Shown: positions 6,718 to 16,916, counted from the first letter of the stretch. The stretch is 64,000 nt of DNA from an uncultured virus (IMG/VR IMGVR_UViG_3300042486_001633) (IMGVR_UViG_3300042486_001633); one strand, 5' to 3'. Program-made: numbers and translations. The notes: generated by a model from the letters alone, not told the origin.

Positions 6718-6960
6718 TTATCTTGAATTTTTTAATACTTCATCGATTGCAGTTCGAAGATCTTTAAGGTCTTCTCGTGTCATGCAAGGTATCATTAATC
6801 GATTGTATTGCATATTTCTTCGCTCCGACCGACTGTCACTATCAGGATAAAGATTATTATCTTCAATCGATATATAACCAACGTTACCCGTTAACCCAAT
6901 CGATATAATATGTCCGTTTGAGTACTGTTGTCTTTGTGCAAGTTTAGGTAATTTTGCCAT
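6718..6960 (-). CDS. Hypothetical protein
   Basis: ORF track. Confidence 0.7.
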   Translation of the reverse strand: MAKLPKLAQRQQYSNGHIISIGLTGNVGYISIEDNNLYPDSDSRSERRNMQYNRLMIPCMTREDLKDLRTAIDEVLKNSR

Positions 6961-6971
6961 GCGTCTTTATT

Positions 6972-7244
6972 TTACACAAAAAATGTTGATAACCATAAAC
7001 CTAAGACTCCGCCAATTGCTCCGCCAATTGCATAGCCTGCCCATTGATGTAGCGAGTCTTCGCTCTTTGCAATCTTACGAACTACAAAAAAGTTGAACGA
7101 TGCAATAATAAAATCAGTAATAACTGTACCGGGATAATTTACCCATGCAACAAACCGATAGTTAATAACGAGTAACAAATACAAAAGTAATTGTATTGCA
7201 AAAAAGAGGAAAAATTCCTTGAGTTTAATTTTATTGACCTTCAT
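6972..7244 (-). CDS. Small membrane protein
   Basis: Three hydrophobic segments, YAIGGAIG. Confidence 0.75.
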   Translation of the reverse strand: MKVNKIKLKEFFLFFAIQLLLYLLLVINYRFVAWVNYPGTVITDFIIASFNFFVVRKIAKSEDSLHQWAGYAIGGAIGGVLGLWLSTFFV

Positions 7245-7680
7245 ATTGTAACCTTTCTTCGGTGTTTAATAAACCTTTGCCGTATTTTTGAATTCTATTG
7301 TTATATCTTTCCTTTACATAATCGTGTATCCGTAAAGAATTGCCCTCATCGTCAATGCGTACAAATTTAATGTTGGTGTGCACAACGACATCCTGTTTAC
7401 CAGTATACACATTATGCTTGCGAACTTCAAGATAAACAGTAACTGAGGTAGTGCCAAATTCAAAAATATTACCATACACCTTAAGAATATTTCCTATTTT
7501 TACTGGGTGTTTGAAAATAAGTTCGTCAATTTTTAAAGTTACGACGCGTTGTGTATCGCAAATTTGGGCAACATAAGCAGCAGCTGCATCGTCGATAAGT
7601 GATAAGATAGTTCCGCCGAACATATTATCATGTACTCCAATATCGCTCTTCTTACAAATATAGGTTGTGATTAATTCCAT
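7231..7680 (-). CDS. Acyl-CoA thioesterase (hotdog fold)
   Basis: NMFGG.ILSLID.AA, F..PV.IG, G.TS. Confidence 0.85.
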   Translation of the reverse strand: MELITTYICKKSDIGVHDNMFGGTILSLIDDAAAAYVAQICDTQRVVTLKIDELIFKHPVKIGNILKVYGNIFEFGTTSVTVYLEVRKHNVYTGKQDVVVHTNIKFVRIDDEGNSLRIHDYVKERYNNRIQKYGKGLLNTEERLQYEGQ

Positions 7681-8324
7681 TAGCTTTGAATATTCGATTC
7701 GAATGATTTATTTTGTACGATTTGATTAAATGGTAGAACCACTCTGATATTATACTTGCCAGATTGATTATGGTTATAACTCATGTGCTGAATTATTTTT
7801 GCATAAAAGTTATCCATTTCCATGCCAGAGCCATCTGCCATATTAATAATATCATCAAATACTTTGCTCTTTACTGCATATGCGTGTAAACACACAATCT
7901 GATTTCTAAAAAATGGTTCAATTAGTCCGCCAAAATAGAGCACGTCCCAATCATGTAGAATTTCTTGATTTTGAGTAAGCAGTTGATTTGGATCTTGCAA
8001 AAAAGTAATATCGTCCTCTAAAATAAGAACTCTCTCATAACCTCGAGTTTTCGCTAATTCAATACACTTAAGCTGTGCAGCTTTACAGCCTAACTGACCT
8101 AGCCGGTATTTCATATCACCCTTTATAAAATTACGATATAAAGTAGGCGAAGGTAATTCAGTAAGTTGTACTCCTTCTACTCGTTCAAAATTTTTAATTC
8201 CAAACTGGTTAAACTGTGCAAGGATGCGCTCATTGCGGGCAACATCCTTACTCATATTGATATAAAAAATTCTATCGAAATAAGAGTCTAATGTTATTCT
8301 AGGATAGGTAAAATCAGCCATCAC
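7680..8324 (-). CDS. Glycosyltransferase family 25-like
   Basis: FYINM..D..R, GQLGC, LILEDD. Confidence 0.8.
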   Translation of the reverse strand: MMADFTYPRITLDSYFDRIFYINMSKDVARNERILAQFNQFGIKNFERVEGVQLTELPSPTLYRNFIKGDMKYRLGQLGCKAAQLKCIELAKTRGYERVLILEDDITFLQDPNQLLTQNQEILHDWDVLYFGGLIEPFFRNQIVCLHAYAVKSKVFDDIINMADGSGMEMDNFYAKIIQHMSYNHNQSGKYNIRVVLPFNQIVQNKSFESNIQS

Positions 8325-8555
8325 TTATAGCGAGAGCAAATTAATTTCTCTTTTCCAAATAAGTTCTTCGCCACACCAGATTTCAATAACTTTTTGATCA
8401 GTCTTCGCATGGTTAGCATACGCAGCGACATTTTTAATTTTATCATATACGCGTCGTTCTCCGTTGCTATGGACTAGAGTCACAACATCTCCTCCTGGAG
8501 TTAAGCTAAGATCGTTTTTTCTGTGTGGGTCGGTTACTATAATTTTTCTAGGCAT
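8325..8555 (-). CDS. Hypothetical protein
   Basis: ORF track. Confidence 0.75.
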   Translation of the reverse strand: MPRKIIVTDPHRKNDLSLTPGGDVVTLVHSNGERRVYDKIKNVAAYANHAKTDQKVIEIWCGEELIWKREINLLSL

Positions 8556-8565
8556 ATTGTTTGAA

Positions 8566-9054
8566 TTATTTTTTTACGGTATGTTCTATGTTAACTCGAA
8601 TACAAGTTTGAGGTTGGGCTTCATTCATTAAAAAATTATTAATGTATCCCATAATATTTGCAGAGCCGATTGGGTTTGCGGAATGAGTTACGACGATTGG
8701 GAAACGGACAATTGAATCTTTTTTTTCCGGTCTAGATTTTCCTGGCCATTCCGGATTAGTTGTATAAAATTGACGAACTAACCATCTAGCACTGTCCATG
8801 CCAGTGGATTCAGTAATATTTGCATAGTCCAGTTTATAGTGTGGACTTACATTAGTGAAGTATTCATGCATTGCCGAATCATCCAGATCGTGATCCAGGG
8901 AGATCATTTGAATATTTTCCAAGCCGAGTTCAACGACCTTTGATACTAATTCATCATGTGTTCTAACTACGATCCAGTCCTGATCCACAGGAGTTCTAAC
9001 ATCGTCTAAATATATTCTTTTTTTCATTATTGTAATAATACTATATTGAATCAT
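8566..9054 (-). CDS. Cyclic-phosphate-processing receiver-like domain protein
   Basis: YLDD.R, SLDHDL, TGMD, HSANP.G; true start probably the downstream MKKRIYLDD. Confidence 0.75.
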   Translation of the reverse strand: MIQYSIITIMKKRIYLDDVRTPVDQDWIVVRTHDELVSKVVELGLENIQMISLDHDLDDSAMHEYFTNVSPHYKLDYANITESTGMDSARWLVRQFYTTNPEWPGKSRPEKKDSIVRFPIVVTHSANPIGSANIMGYINNFLMNEAQPQTCIRVNIEHTVKK

Positions 9055-9083
9055 AATATTAAAATTTGGTGGCTACTTTATTG

Positions 9084-9091
9084 ATAAATAA
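9084..9091 (+). promoter_or_regulatory. Late-type promoter motif ATAAATAA (also 10838, 11606, 19635, 24868, 29256, 31041, 48179, 51936; minus strand 16910, 23654)
   Basis: Recurs shortly upstream of virion-type genes; resembles T4 late TATAAATA. Confidence 0.7.
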
Positions 9092-9110
9092 CTAAAAATA
9101 ACTTACTGAC

Positions 9111-9761
9111 ATGCCAGGAAGAATTCTAAACTTTTCAGAGTTTTTTGGTAAATATTCTAGTGATACTGAAAAGAACCTAGACGATTTTACTAATGCTGCA
9201 TCTAACTTCGAAGAAGGATTTGATGACGAAACATACAATCAAAATCAAATTGGACCAAATCGTCCAGTTGCTGGTGGAACTGAGGCAACACCTCCTCAAC
9301 CTGGTGAAACAGGTGCACCAAAATTTACATCACAACCTGATGCTGAAATGAATGCTCCAGAAGAGGAAGAATTAGAAGAGACTCCTGAAGAAGAGGCTAC
9401 TGAGACTCCGACAGAACAAGCTGCTGAAGAGACTGAAGAAGCACCTGAAGCTCCAGAAGAAGAGGAAGGAGATGAAACTCCTGAGCCAGAAATGGGAGCA
9501 AATCCTGAAGAAAGCAAAGAAGATGAAGAAAAAGTAGAAGAATCACGATTAGTAAAAGGATTTCACCAATTTATCTCAGAATCCTACTATGATGCTGATT
9601 ATTTAAGCGACGATTGGAACGAAGAGGAAGAAGATGAAGATTGGAAAGAAGATCGTTTTGATGATGGAGACGATACTGAAATTTACGACAAGCACGGATA
9701 CTGTGAAGACTGTGGAGAACCAAATGATGAGTTTGGATCAACTTGCGGTTGTAACATGTAA
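9111..9761 (+). CDS. Highly acidic putative head/core protein with C-terminal Cys motif
   Basis: Glu/Pro-rich, FSEF and FHQFISE motifs, CEDC..CGC. Confidence 0.75.
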   Translation: MPGRILNFSEFFGKYSSDTEKNLDDFTNAASNFEEGFDDETYNQNQIGPNRPVAGGTEATPPQPGETGAPKFTSQPDAEMNAPEEEELEETPEEEATETPTEQAAEETEEAPEAPEEEEGDETPEPEMGANPEESKEDEEKVEESRLVKGFHQFISESYYDADYLSDDWNEEEEDEDWKEDRFDDGDDTEIYDKHGYCEDCGEPNDEFGSTCGCNM

Positions 9762-9781
9762 AAACTACTAATTGTAAAGAG

Positions 9782-10375
9782 ATGACTGAAATTATAATTG
9801 CTTTCTTGACAGGTATATTGGGCCCAGTTGCGGTTCTACTAGTCAAGCATATACTAAACACTAGAAAAACTCCAGATCCTATTGCAGAAGCAGTAAACAA
9901 TGCAAATGTGATTAATGACGAGATTGAAAAGATTATGGAGGAGTTTACTCCAGACAGAGTATGGATTGCACAATTCCATAATGGCGGTCATTATTATCCA
10001 ACTGGTAAATCTATCCAAAAATTCAGCATCTTTTTTGAACAAGTAAAGCACGCTAAGGATACTACTCGCGATAATTTTCAAAATATCCCAGTAAACCTAT
10101 TTAGTAAATCATTTAGCCGAGTTTTAACTCATGATTACTTGGCTATCCCCGATTTTAAAGACGAGACAATTGCTACATATGGCTTAAAATATATTGCAGA
10201 AGAAAATGGAACTAAGAGTTCCTACATATTTGCAATCAGAACAGTTGAAAATCGACTAATTGGATTACTTGGAATTGACTATACTACTAGAAAAAAGACG
10301 CTAGACTCTGAAGATATTATTGAGCTACGTTTAGAAGCAACTAAACTTGGCGGAGTCCTAATGAGTCAATTATAA
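9782..10375 (+). CDS. Putative holin-like protein (N-terminal TM plus GAF-like domain)
   Basis: One TM then RVWIAQFHNG...IGLLGIDY; architecture like T4 holin T. Confidence 0.55.
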   Translation: MTEIIIAFLTGILGPVAVLLVKHILNTRKTPDPIAEAVNNANVINDEIEKIMEEFTPDRVWIAQFHNGGHYYPTGKSIQKFSIFFEQVKHAKDTTRDNFQNIPVNLFSKSFSRVLTHDYLAIPDFKDETIATYGLKYIAEENGTKSSYIFAIRTVENRLIGLLGIDYTTRKKTLDSEDIIELRLEATKLGGVLMSQL

Positions 10376-10524
10376 TGAAAAAGCTAGTAGAAAACTTCCT
10401 TGAATTTATTCAAACCGCTAAGGTTGCACAGGAACCTGAATCCTTCAGAATATACAGTGCAAATCCTAGAAAGAAATCTCGTAAATTAGCGATTGCTCGA
10501 TACGCAAAGAAGTGTAAAGGCTAG
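10375..10524 (+). CDS. Small basic protein, 49 aa (MKKLVENFLEFIQ...)
   Basis: Read by hand; TAATG coupling with the upstream gene. Confidence 0.6.
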   Translation: MKKLVENFLEFIQTAKVAQEPESFRIYSANPRKKSRKLAIARYAKKCKG

Positions 10525-10796
10525 TCCTCATCCTCGTCATCATCATACTGATCATCAAAATCGTCATTTATGAACTCTGGACTAGATATTGTACGAATAC
10601 CAGCGTCTTCCCAGTTAAGTAAGACATCATCTAATTCATCAGTAACCATCGTTAGAATCTGTATATTTTCCCTAACTGTGCCCTCGTTATAGGTCAGTAT
10701 TTTTACCTTGATTGCATCAAGTTTCTTCAATATTGTAGTTTCAAGTTCCTTTCGAACTGCCTGATACTTTTCGATTTGAGATTTATCCATTTCCAT
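10521..10796 (-). CDS. Hypothetical protein, acidic tail
   Basis: ORF track; AAAC-N18-TATAAT upstream. Confidence 0.75.
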   Translation of the reverse strand: MEMDKSQIEKYQAVRKELETTILKKLDAIKVKILTYNEGTVRENIQILTMVTDELDDVLLNWEDAGIRTISSPEFINDDFDDQYDDDEDED

Positions 10797-10883
10797 ATAT
10801 TACTTATTATATTACACAATCTGCGATTGGTTTCTAAATAAATAAACTAAAGAGTTTCTAACTTATTAAAATAACGAACAAGA

Positions 10884-11324
10884 ATGAAAAACTACAAAAA
10901 CCTTAGACGAATTTACGAGGACGATATGCAAGCAATTGCATCAACTGATGTTCAAGAACTTGGAATGCAACCTGAAATGACACCTGATCAAGAAATGCCA
11001 ATTGATTATCCAGCACAACAACTTGCACTTCCAGCAGAAGGTCAAACCTCTGCTGCTCCAGATCCAATGACAATGACGGTTGGAGATTTCTTAGGTAAAT
11101 GTAAGGAAGTTGACCCATTAATATGTATGGGAATCCAATCATTTATTGATAAAAATATGCATGTATTTAGTGCACCATCTCAACCGGCAGCAATGCCAGG
11201 AATGGAAGCAGAACCGGATTTAACTTTCTCAAATGCAGTTGCACCAGAAGGACAAATGGCTCCTGCTCCAGTACCAGCATTTTCGTTAGACCAATCACCT
11301 GAAACTTTAAATTTTCCAGGCTAA
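10884..11324 (+). CDS. Hypothetical late protein
   Basis: ORF track, late motif upstream. Confidence 0.75.
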   Translation: MKNYKNLRRIYEDDMQAIASTDVQELGMQPEMTPDQEMPIDYPAQQLALPAEGQTSAAPDPMTMTVGDFLGKCKEVDPLICMGIQSFIDKNMHVFSAPSQPAAMPGMEAEPDLTFSNAVAPEGQMAPAPVPAFSLDQSPETLNFPG

Positions 11325-11327
11325 TCA

Positions 11328-11609
11328 ATGGTAAGAAACTTTAATACTTATTTAGTTGAAGTAATGGGCGCAGACTCAATGGAGAGGGATCCAGCAGATA
11401 TTATACTTAGTCCAGATACTAAGAGGGCTAACGCAATGTCATTTTATGCTGGTTCATCTGGTACAATTCCAACGCATTGGAATAATTCTCCATTCTTGAC
11501 TGGCGGTAGACTAACTAGTGCATTTGGATTAAATCCAAGTAAAGCAAAGAAGAAGAGCGTGCTCTCTTACCACGAGTTCATAAAGACAACTAAAGGATTT
11601 TCAAAATAA
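11328..11609 (+). CDS. Hypothetical late protein
   Basis: ORF track. Confidence 0.75.
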   Translation: MVRNFNTYLVEVMGADSMERDPADIILSPDTKRANAMSFYAGSSGTIPTHWNNSPFLTGGRLTSAFGLNPSKAKKKSVLSYHEFIKTTKGFSK

Positions 11610-11628
11610 ATAATAAAAAGAAATTACA

Positions 11629-12003
11629 ATGGGATCACATATTGCAAGCTTTAAGAAATTCATGAAATCTGAAGAAAAGAAAGCAGAAGAGATTGGAGCT
11701 GCACCAATGGTCGACGAACAAGCAGCACCAGCTGCTCCAGGTGCAGGAGATAATATTGGCGGAACCTCTACTCCAGCGGCAACTCCTCCAGCTGCACCAG
11801 TAGTTGCAAGCGTTGAGGCAAACCCAGCAGTAATAGCAGCTCGTCAAGCAGCAGCTGCAGCAGTTGCAAATCGAGATAAAGTAGTTTCAGCAAAACAAGC
11901 AGAACTTGATAAACTCAAAACTGATCAAGACACTTTAGTAAATACTGCAAACACAAACTTAAATAAAGCTTTACAGGATGCTGGAAAAGCAACCGCCGCA
12001 TAA
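11629..12003 (+). CDS. Ala/Pro-rich hypothetical late protein
   Basis: ORF track, late motif upstream. Confidence 0.75.
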   Translation: MGSHIASFKKFMKSEEKKAEEIGAAPMVDEQAAPAAPGAGDNIGGTSTPAATPPAAPVVASVEANPAVIAARQAAAAAVANRDKVVSAKQAELDKLKTDQDTLVNTANTNLNKALQDAGKATAA

Positions 12004-12449
12004 TGGAAAAATTAGTAAAAACATATCAAGAGTTCATAAACGAAGCTACAAAAGAAGTAGTTTATCCTACTAATTTTAAAGGCCAAGTACAGAGTGCTCT
12101 AGCTGGAGTTTATACTTCGGTAATGGCAATCGCTCAGGAACTAGCAAATGAAAAGGCTGCTCGTAATCCTGCAAGATATGATGGTACAATTGAAGAAGTG
12201 GATATTACTAGAGCAATGAACCTTATTTTTCATAGCGATTGGAAAAAGAAATTAAAACAACAAGCATTAGGCCAGATGGTATACAAATCAATGGAACGTG
12301 CTGGTAAACAGGATAATGTAGTGGCGAAGAAAAATCAAAGAGCAATGGGTCGTATGTTAGGAGACAAAGACTTTAATCTTAATATTGATAAATCAAGCAC
12401 AAGATTTAGTGACGAACGTCAAGGAACAGGACCTGGATCAAATCAATAA
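12003..12449 (+). CDS. Putative internal head protein
   Basis: N terminus KTYQEFINE, nearly identical to T4 capsid-targeting sequence MKTYQEFIAE. Confidence 0.65.
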   Translation: MEKLVKTYQEFINEATKEVVYPTNFKGQVQSALAGVYTSVMAIAQELANEKAARNPARYDGTIEEVDITRAMNLIFHSDWKKKLKQQALGQMVYKSMERAGKQDNVVAKKNQRAMGRMLGDKDFNLNIDKSSTRFSDERQGTGPGSNQ

Positions 12450-12456
12450 TTAAACA

Positions 12457-13191
12457 ATGACTGAAAGAGAACTTATAGAAGACATTAATAATGAGATCAC
12501 CTTTTCTGGTGCACTTCCTTATTCTCTTCCGGAAAAAGAGATTAAACGTATTATCTTAAATGATTCAAGATATTTTTGGGATAACTGGAGACATGCAGTA
12601 GAAAGTAGATATATGTTACTTACTCCTGAAATCTTTAATAATCCTACCTTTAAGAAATTAAGACAGCTTCAATTACCAGATTGCGTACAGTTCGTAGTTG
12701 ATTTTAAAGAAGCAAAAGGAGGATCTATTTTTGCTACAATTGACCGAGATTTTGCCGAACAAAAATTTATTGGTTCTGAGATCTATTTGACTCCATTCAT
12801 TGGAGAAAGTATTATGTATAGAACAGTTATCTTTTCATTCCTTGATTTAACTAAGAGTATGATGATTGACTCTATTGCATACGACTACAATAAAAATACT
12901 AAAATGCTTGGAGTAATAGGTAGAACTCCAGCAACAAATGCAGTTATTCGAATCTATAAAAAACTTGAACAGGACAAATTGTTTGAAGACGAAGTTTTTC
13001 AACGCTATGTTCGTGCTCATGCTAAAGTTCGTTTAGCACACATGTTACAAACTTTTAACTATACTCTACCTGGAGACGTTACTGTAAATTATCAAAATAT
13101 CACGACTACTGCTGAAAAGGAGATGGAAGATGTTAAATTGATGATGAAAGGCGAAAACACTCCAGACTGGATGTACTTATACCATCAATAA
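12457..13191 (+). CDS. gp13: Neck protein, gp13-like
   Basis: C-terminal YVRAHAK..L...L..F.YTLPG.VTVN pattern of gp13. Confidence 0.65.
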   Translation: MTERELIEDINNEITFSGALPYSLPEKEIKRIILNDSRYFWDNWRHAVESRYMLLTPEIFNNPTFKKLRQLQLPDCVQFVVDFKEAKGGSIFATIDRDFAEQKFIGSEIYLTPFIGESIMYRTVIFSFLDLTKSMMIDSIAYDYNKNTKMLGVIGRTPATNAVIRIYKKLEQDKLFEDEVFQRYVRAHAKVRLAHMLQTFNYTLPGDVTVNYQNITTTAEKEMEDVKLMMKGENTPDWMYLYHQ

Positions 13192-13196
13192 TTAAT

Positions 13197-13574
13197 ATGG
13201 CACAACTTAGAGATTTTTATCTTAGACCTGAAACAGATCCTGCATTTCGACCAGAACAGTTAGAAGTGTATGATGAACTTGAATCGTGTCTACAACAAAT
13301 TAAGATGACTCTTTTTACTCAAAAGGGAGAAGTACTTGGCGAACCTGAATTTGGTTTAGAAGTAGAGAAATACTTATTTGAATTTACAATTGATCCTTTT
13401 GCTCTTACTAAAGAAGCAGGTGGTCAAATCACTAAATATGTTGGTGAAGCTCGCAAAAGAAATATTGGAGTTAGACCTGCATCATATAAAGATGATAGAG
13501 CTGGAAGAGACATTTTTGTACTCTTAATTGATATTCCAGAACTAAAGAATCCTCTTTCTATTTTCTACGATTAA
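13197..13574 (+). CDS. gp25: Baseplate wedge / sheath initiator, gp25-like
   Basis: QIKM.LFT.KGE.LGEPEFG..V..YLFE. Confidence 0.75.
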   Translation: MAQLRDFYLRPETDPAFRPEQLEVYDELESCLQQIKMTLFTQKGEVLGEPEFGLEVEKYLFEFTIDPFALTKEAGGQITKYVGEARKRNIGVRPASYKDDRAGRDIFVLLIDIPELKNPLSIFYD

Positions 13575-13687
13575 TCTATTGGGCCGAAACCACGTTCGCG
13601 GCATTTCATTCGTTCTGTCTCTACAAAAGAGATAAACTTCCATGTATTTTTACATGTTTTCTTAAGATAGGAAATAAATCTTTTCAT
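13571..13687 (-). CDS. Small ORF, 38 aa (MKRFISYLKKTCKNTW...)
   Basis: Read by hand, directly downstream of the portal gene. Confidence 0.45.
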   Translation of the reverse strand: MKRFISYLKKTCKNTWKFISFVETERMKCRERGFGPID

Positions 13688-13691
13688 GTTT

Positions 13692-15404
13692 TTATAATTG
13701 ACCTGTTCCTTTTACTTCGCCACCTTCAGTAGTTTCTGATCCACCTTCTGCTGGCGTCTCTGCTGCTGTTGCGGCTGGTGCTCCTCCGCCTCCGCCTGCT
13801 GGTGCAGCTCCTCCAGCGGCAGCAGCTGCTGCCTCATCTGCTTCATCTTCTTTAGAATCAAGCCACTGTTGATTTGATTCAATCTCCTCTTCAGTCATTT
13901 TAAGTTCAGTTCTAATTAAGTATTCAGTTGCAAAGAACGGAGTTCCGTCATCATTTACGATACCTTTTTTAGCCGTAAATGCAGCAATACGCTTAGCTTC
14001 GATCTCGTTCTTCTTCATCTCTTCGAAGACGTTATCATTATTGTAGATAAGACCGATTGCATTATTGAATTTGTGATCGTCACCTAGTTCAGGAAAATCT
14101 AAACACATTTGTAAATACCATGGTTTAACTATAAGTTCAGAAAAAGCAGAACGTAATCTTTTAATAAATTTCTGATAACGAACTTCCTCTCTAGTAATAC
14201 CTTCAGCATTAAGAGTAAATGCACCCATACCACTTTGACCTTCCCAACGTGAATATGGAATCTTTGAATCCATTTTTAGTTTTTTATAGAAGTAGTTTAA
14301 GAGTTCAGAACCAGAAAGATTTGGTCCAGGATATTGTAATGGCTCAATTTTTACCTGTTGTTGCTGATCATTTACTGGCAACACATAGTTCTTATAGAAC
14401 ATCATGTTCGGTTTACCATCTACTTGTAATTCTCCAGAATCTCCATTAAAGTAAATATCTTCTTTTAAGAGATTCATAAATTCACGAACGTCCTCTTGAC
14501 TCTTTTGTAAACTTTTTGATCCGACTGGAACAGTTGTTGTCAAACGGATTGGAGCGTTCATTACGTGCCAAATAACTTTACTGTGCTCAATAATTCGAAG
14601 TAAGTTAAACGATCTAATCAGACGTTCTACGAAAGAAACGCGTTTTGTTCTAAAGTGGTTGGCATAGGAAATATAGATGATCTGTGAATCGTTTAACATT
14701 CTGGTTCCACCAGTCGTTTGATCGTACTGTACCCATTGTAAAAATAATTTACCTTTAGTGTCCTTTTGTAATTGAGGTGCAATACTAGCTGGATCAAGTT
14801 CCTTGAAACCAATAATTTCAGTAGGTTTTTCTAAATTATCATATAGTATCTCAAACGCAAGGTGACCTTCTACTAAGAATTGAAATGCATATTGCCATGC
14901 TGAAATTCCTTCCGCAAATCCCCAAGCATTGTATATCTTTTGGAAGTTATCTGTATGTTTGCGTACGATTTTTTCTTGGAAATTAAGACGTTCTTCTTTT
15001 GTGTTTCCACGATACATCATTTTACCAGTAAGGTCGTTTGCATAGCAGAAACGGTTTTCATCGTCGAATACAATCATGTCATCAACGATTGTCTCTAGGA
15101 TAAATTCAATTTCTCCATTGGACGCAACGTCTCTTAAACGTTCACGTTTTACTACATAATCCAATTGGAAAAAGGCGATCGCTTTACTTCTTAATTGAGA
15201 AGTAGTATCGGCAATTGCCATTGAAAACTTGAGCAGGTCATCACCAGGACCAAGTCGAGTTGATCTGGCCGAAATCTGACTTTCAATAAAACCGATTGCT
15301 TGAGAGTTTTTAAGTAGTAAGTCTTCGTATCGAGTACCGAACTTACTTAATCCTGAAAGTTTACCTCCAGTGAATCCGCGTTGTGTATCTAAAAATCCTG
15401 CCAT
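13692..15404 (-). CDS. gp20: Portal vertex protein, gp20-like
   Basis: 570 aa; EI..I.DDMIV, LVEG.L, YF.KKL...KIP.SR, ITREEVRY.KFI.RLR..F. Confidence 0.9.
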   Translation of the reverse strand: MAGFLDTQRGFTGGKLSGLSKFGTRYEDLLLKNSQAIGFIESQISARSTRLGPGDDLLKFSMAIADTTSQLRSKAIAFFQLDYVVKRERLRDVASNGEIEFILETIVDDMIVFDDENRFCYANDLTGKMMYRGNTKEERLNFQEKIVRKHTDNFQKIYNAWGFAEGISAWQYAFQFLVEGHLAFEILYDNLEKPTEIIGFKELDPASIAPQLQKDTKGKLFLQWVQYDQTTGGTRMLNDSQIIYISYANHFRTKRVSFVERLIRSFNLLRIIEHSKVIWHVMNAPIRLTTTVPVGSKSLQKSQEDVREFMNLLKEDIYFNGDSGELQVDGKPNMMFYKNYVLPVNDQQQQVKIEPLQYPGPNLSGSELLNYFYKKLKMDSKIPYSRWEGQSGMGAFTLNAEGITREEVRYQKFIKRLRSAFSELIVKPWYLQMCLDFPELGDDHKFNNAIGLIYNNDNVFEEMKKNEIEAKRIAAFTAKKGIVNDDGTPFFATEYLIRTELKMTEEEIESNQQWLDSKEDEADEAAAAAAGGAAPAGGGGGAPAATAAETPAEGGSETTEGGEVKGTGQL

Positions 15405-15405
15405 A

Positions 15406-16026
15406 TTATATTATTGAATTTGTAATAAACTGTTCAAAAATCTCAACTATACTGAGAGTATTTGGGAAAAGGCCAACCTGAGAAACTCTAGGTCTGACTA
15501 ACATTCCAAAATTATCCCAATCAATTAATCGAGCTTCTGCAATAGTGTCTATATTATATTTATTTATTGAATAGTTTAAATTTGAAACCCCTATGATCTG
15601 ACTCAAGATGGTCGTAGTGACAAAGTAGAACTTCTTGTCGAGGAGTCTTCTCTCGGTTAGGTCAATCAGTTCTCCCTCTTTAAAAAGACTTGGCATGCCG
15701 TTTTGTGAAGAGAAGGCATAATACGCTTCCATTAATTTGGCACATACTGGAGTCGGGATTACTTTAAGATTAAGAATAAGTGCAGTTTCTTTCCAATTTT
15801 CATGGAATAGCGCAAGTCCACAGGGTCTAAGATCTAAATAAGGTTTGCCATCATTAAGGAACGGAACATTCTGCTCATTAAGATTTGGTACTTGGCTGGC
15901 TATTTTAAAAGAATAAAACCTGCCTGGAATAAATTGAGCCCTATTTTGAATGATTCCGACATTTTCTGAAACCTGTTCTAGGGTGTACTGCCCATTATTC
16001 TTCTCTATGTCTTCGAATCTTTTCAA
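15406..16026 (-). CDS. Possible DNA end-protector, gp2-like
   Basis: FIPGRFYSF motif and position next to the gp4-like gene. Confidence 0.45.
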   Translation of the reverse strand: MKRFEDIEKNNGQYTLEQVSENVGIIQNRAQFIPGRFYSFKIASQVPNLNEQNVPFLNDGKPYLDLRPCGLALFHENWKETALILNLKVIPTPVCAKLMEAYYAFSSQNGMPSLFKEGELIDLTERRLLDKKFYFVTTTILSQIIGVSNLNYSINKYNIDTIAEARLIDWDNFGMLVRPRVSQVGLFPNTLSIVEIFEQFITNSII

Positions 16027-16046
16027 ACTAATAAACTTTAGATATT

Positions 16047-16547
16047 TTACACCTTATTGAATAAAAAGTTTTCAGTAATAATTCCAAATCGCATTGCGTT
16101 CTTGTGAGCATAGACTTGAGCTGCTTTAAATTTTGCAGTATTAATGATGTATGCTTTTGCATGTCGAGCATAGTTTAGTGTCTGCTTTTCAGTCAGGCGC
16201 TTTGGAGGCTCAGGGGGTGTAAGATACTTGTTTGGTTTGATTTCTATTAGCCACTTAGTAAGAGTCCCGTCTGGGCTCTTTGTGACCATATAACAGTCGA
16301 TCCAATACGTACTTTCCTTTTTTAGGATTGGATTATTGTATGGAATACCAACAGGCTCGGCCGCATATTCAACGATCGACTCGTTGTTATCGCAATAAGT
16401 CAGGAACTTAAGTTCCCAACTAGAACGATAAATGATTTTAGAAAGATCACCTTTATACTTATGTGGATTTTGAGGAGTAAAATACCCTTGCTTAACCCTA
16501 CCGTTTTGCGGTTTCAAGAAATCTTGAATGTCCCTTTGTTTCTTCAT
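16047..16547 (-). CDS. gp4: Head completion nuclease, gp4-like (TnsA-like)
   Basis: P.NP.KY.GD...IIYRSSWE.KF..YCD, EIKP, N.AK..AA, F.IITE. Confidence 0.9.
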   Translation of the reverse strand: MKKQRDIQDFLKPQNGRVKQGYFTPQNPHKYKGDLSKIIYRSSWELKFLTYCDNNESIVEYAAEPVGIPYNNPILKKESTYWIDCYMVTKSPDGTLTKWLIEIKPNKYLTPPEPPKRLTEKQTLNYARHAKAYIINTAKFKAAQVYAHKNAMRFGIITENFLFNKV

Positions 16548-16564
16548 AGCTGGACGGGATTAGA

Positions 16565-16891
16565 TTACTCTAAGTTGTCTGCGATAAACGAATCAGCTTC
16601 GTCTGGGCCAAGTTTGCCCATTTCAACCAATTTAACAACTAACGCTGCAAGTGCAAGTTTTTCAGGAACTGACTCTTCAGACATTTCAAGTTCATTCTTT
16701 TCGAATGCTTCAGTAAGATCGTTGAATGATGCTTCAGCTGCTGCTTCTACTTCTTCTTCTGAACCCACTAACTCAACTAGTGCATCTAGGATGCTGTCGT
16801 CAATATTTAATTCTTCAGATGGCTCTGCTCCCATTTTATATGAAGCTGGAGAGCTACTGTATTCCAAAAGAGACATGATTTTATTGTTCAT
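16565..16891 (-). CDS. Acidic hypothetical late protein
   Basis: ORF track, late motif upstream. Confidence 0.75.
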   Translation of the reverse strand: MNNKIMSLLEYSSSPASYKMGAEPSEELNIDDSILDALVELVGSEEEVEAAAEASFNDLTEAFEKNELEMSEESVPEKLALAALVVKLVEMGKLGPDEADSFIADNLE

Positions 16892-16916
16892 TATTGCTCA
16901 ATATTTTTATTATTTA

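Noticed and set aside
9290..9720. GAA-rich tandem repeat
   Set aside because: Low-complexity coding for a Glu/Asp-rich protein, not a DNA repeat element.
16047..16547. Tn7 TnsA transposase
   Set aside because: Motifs and position beside the portal fit the gp4 head-completion nuclease; there is no tnsB or tnsC.
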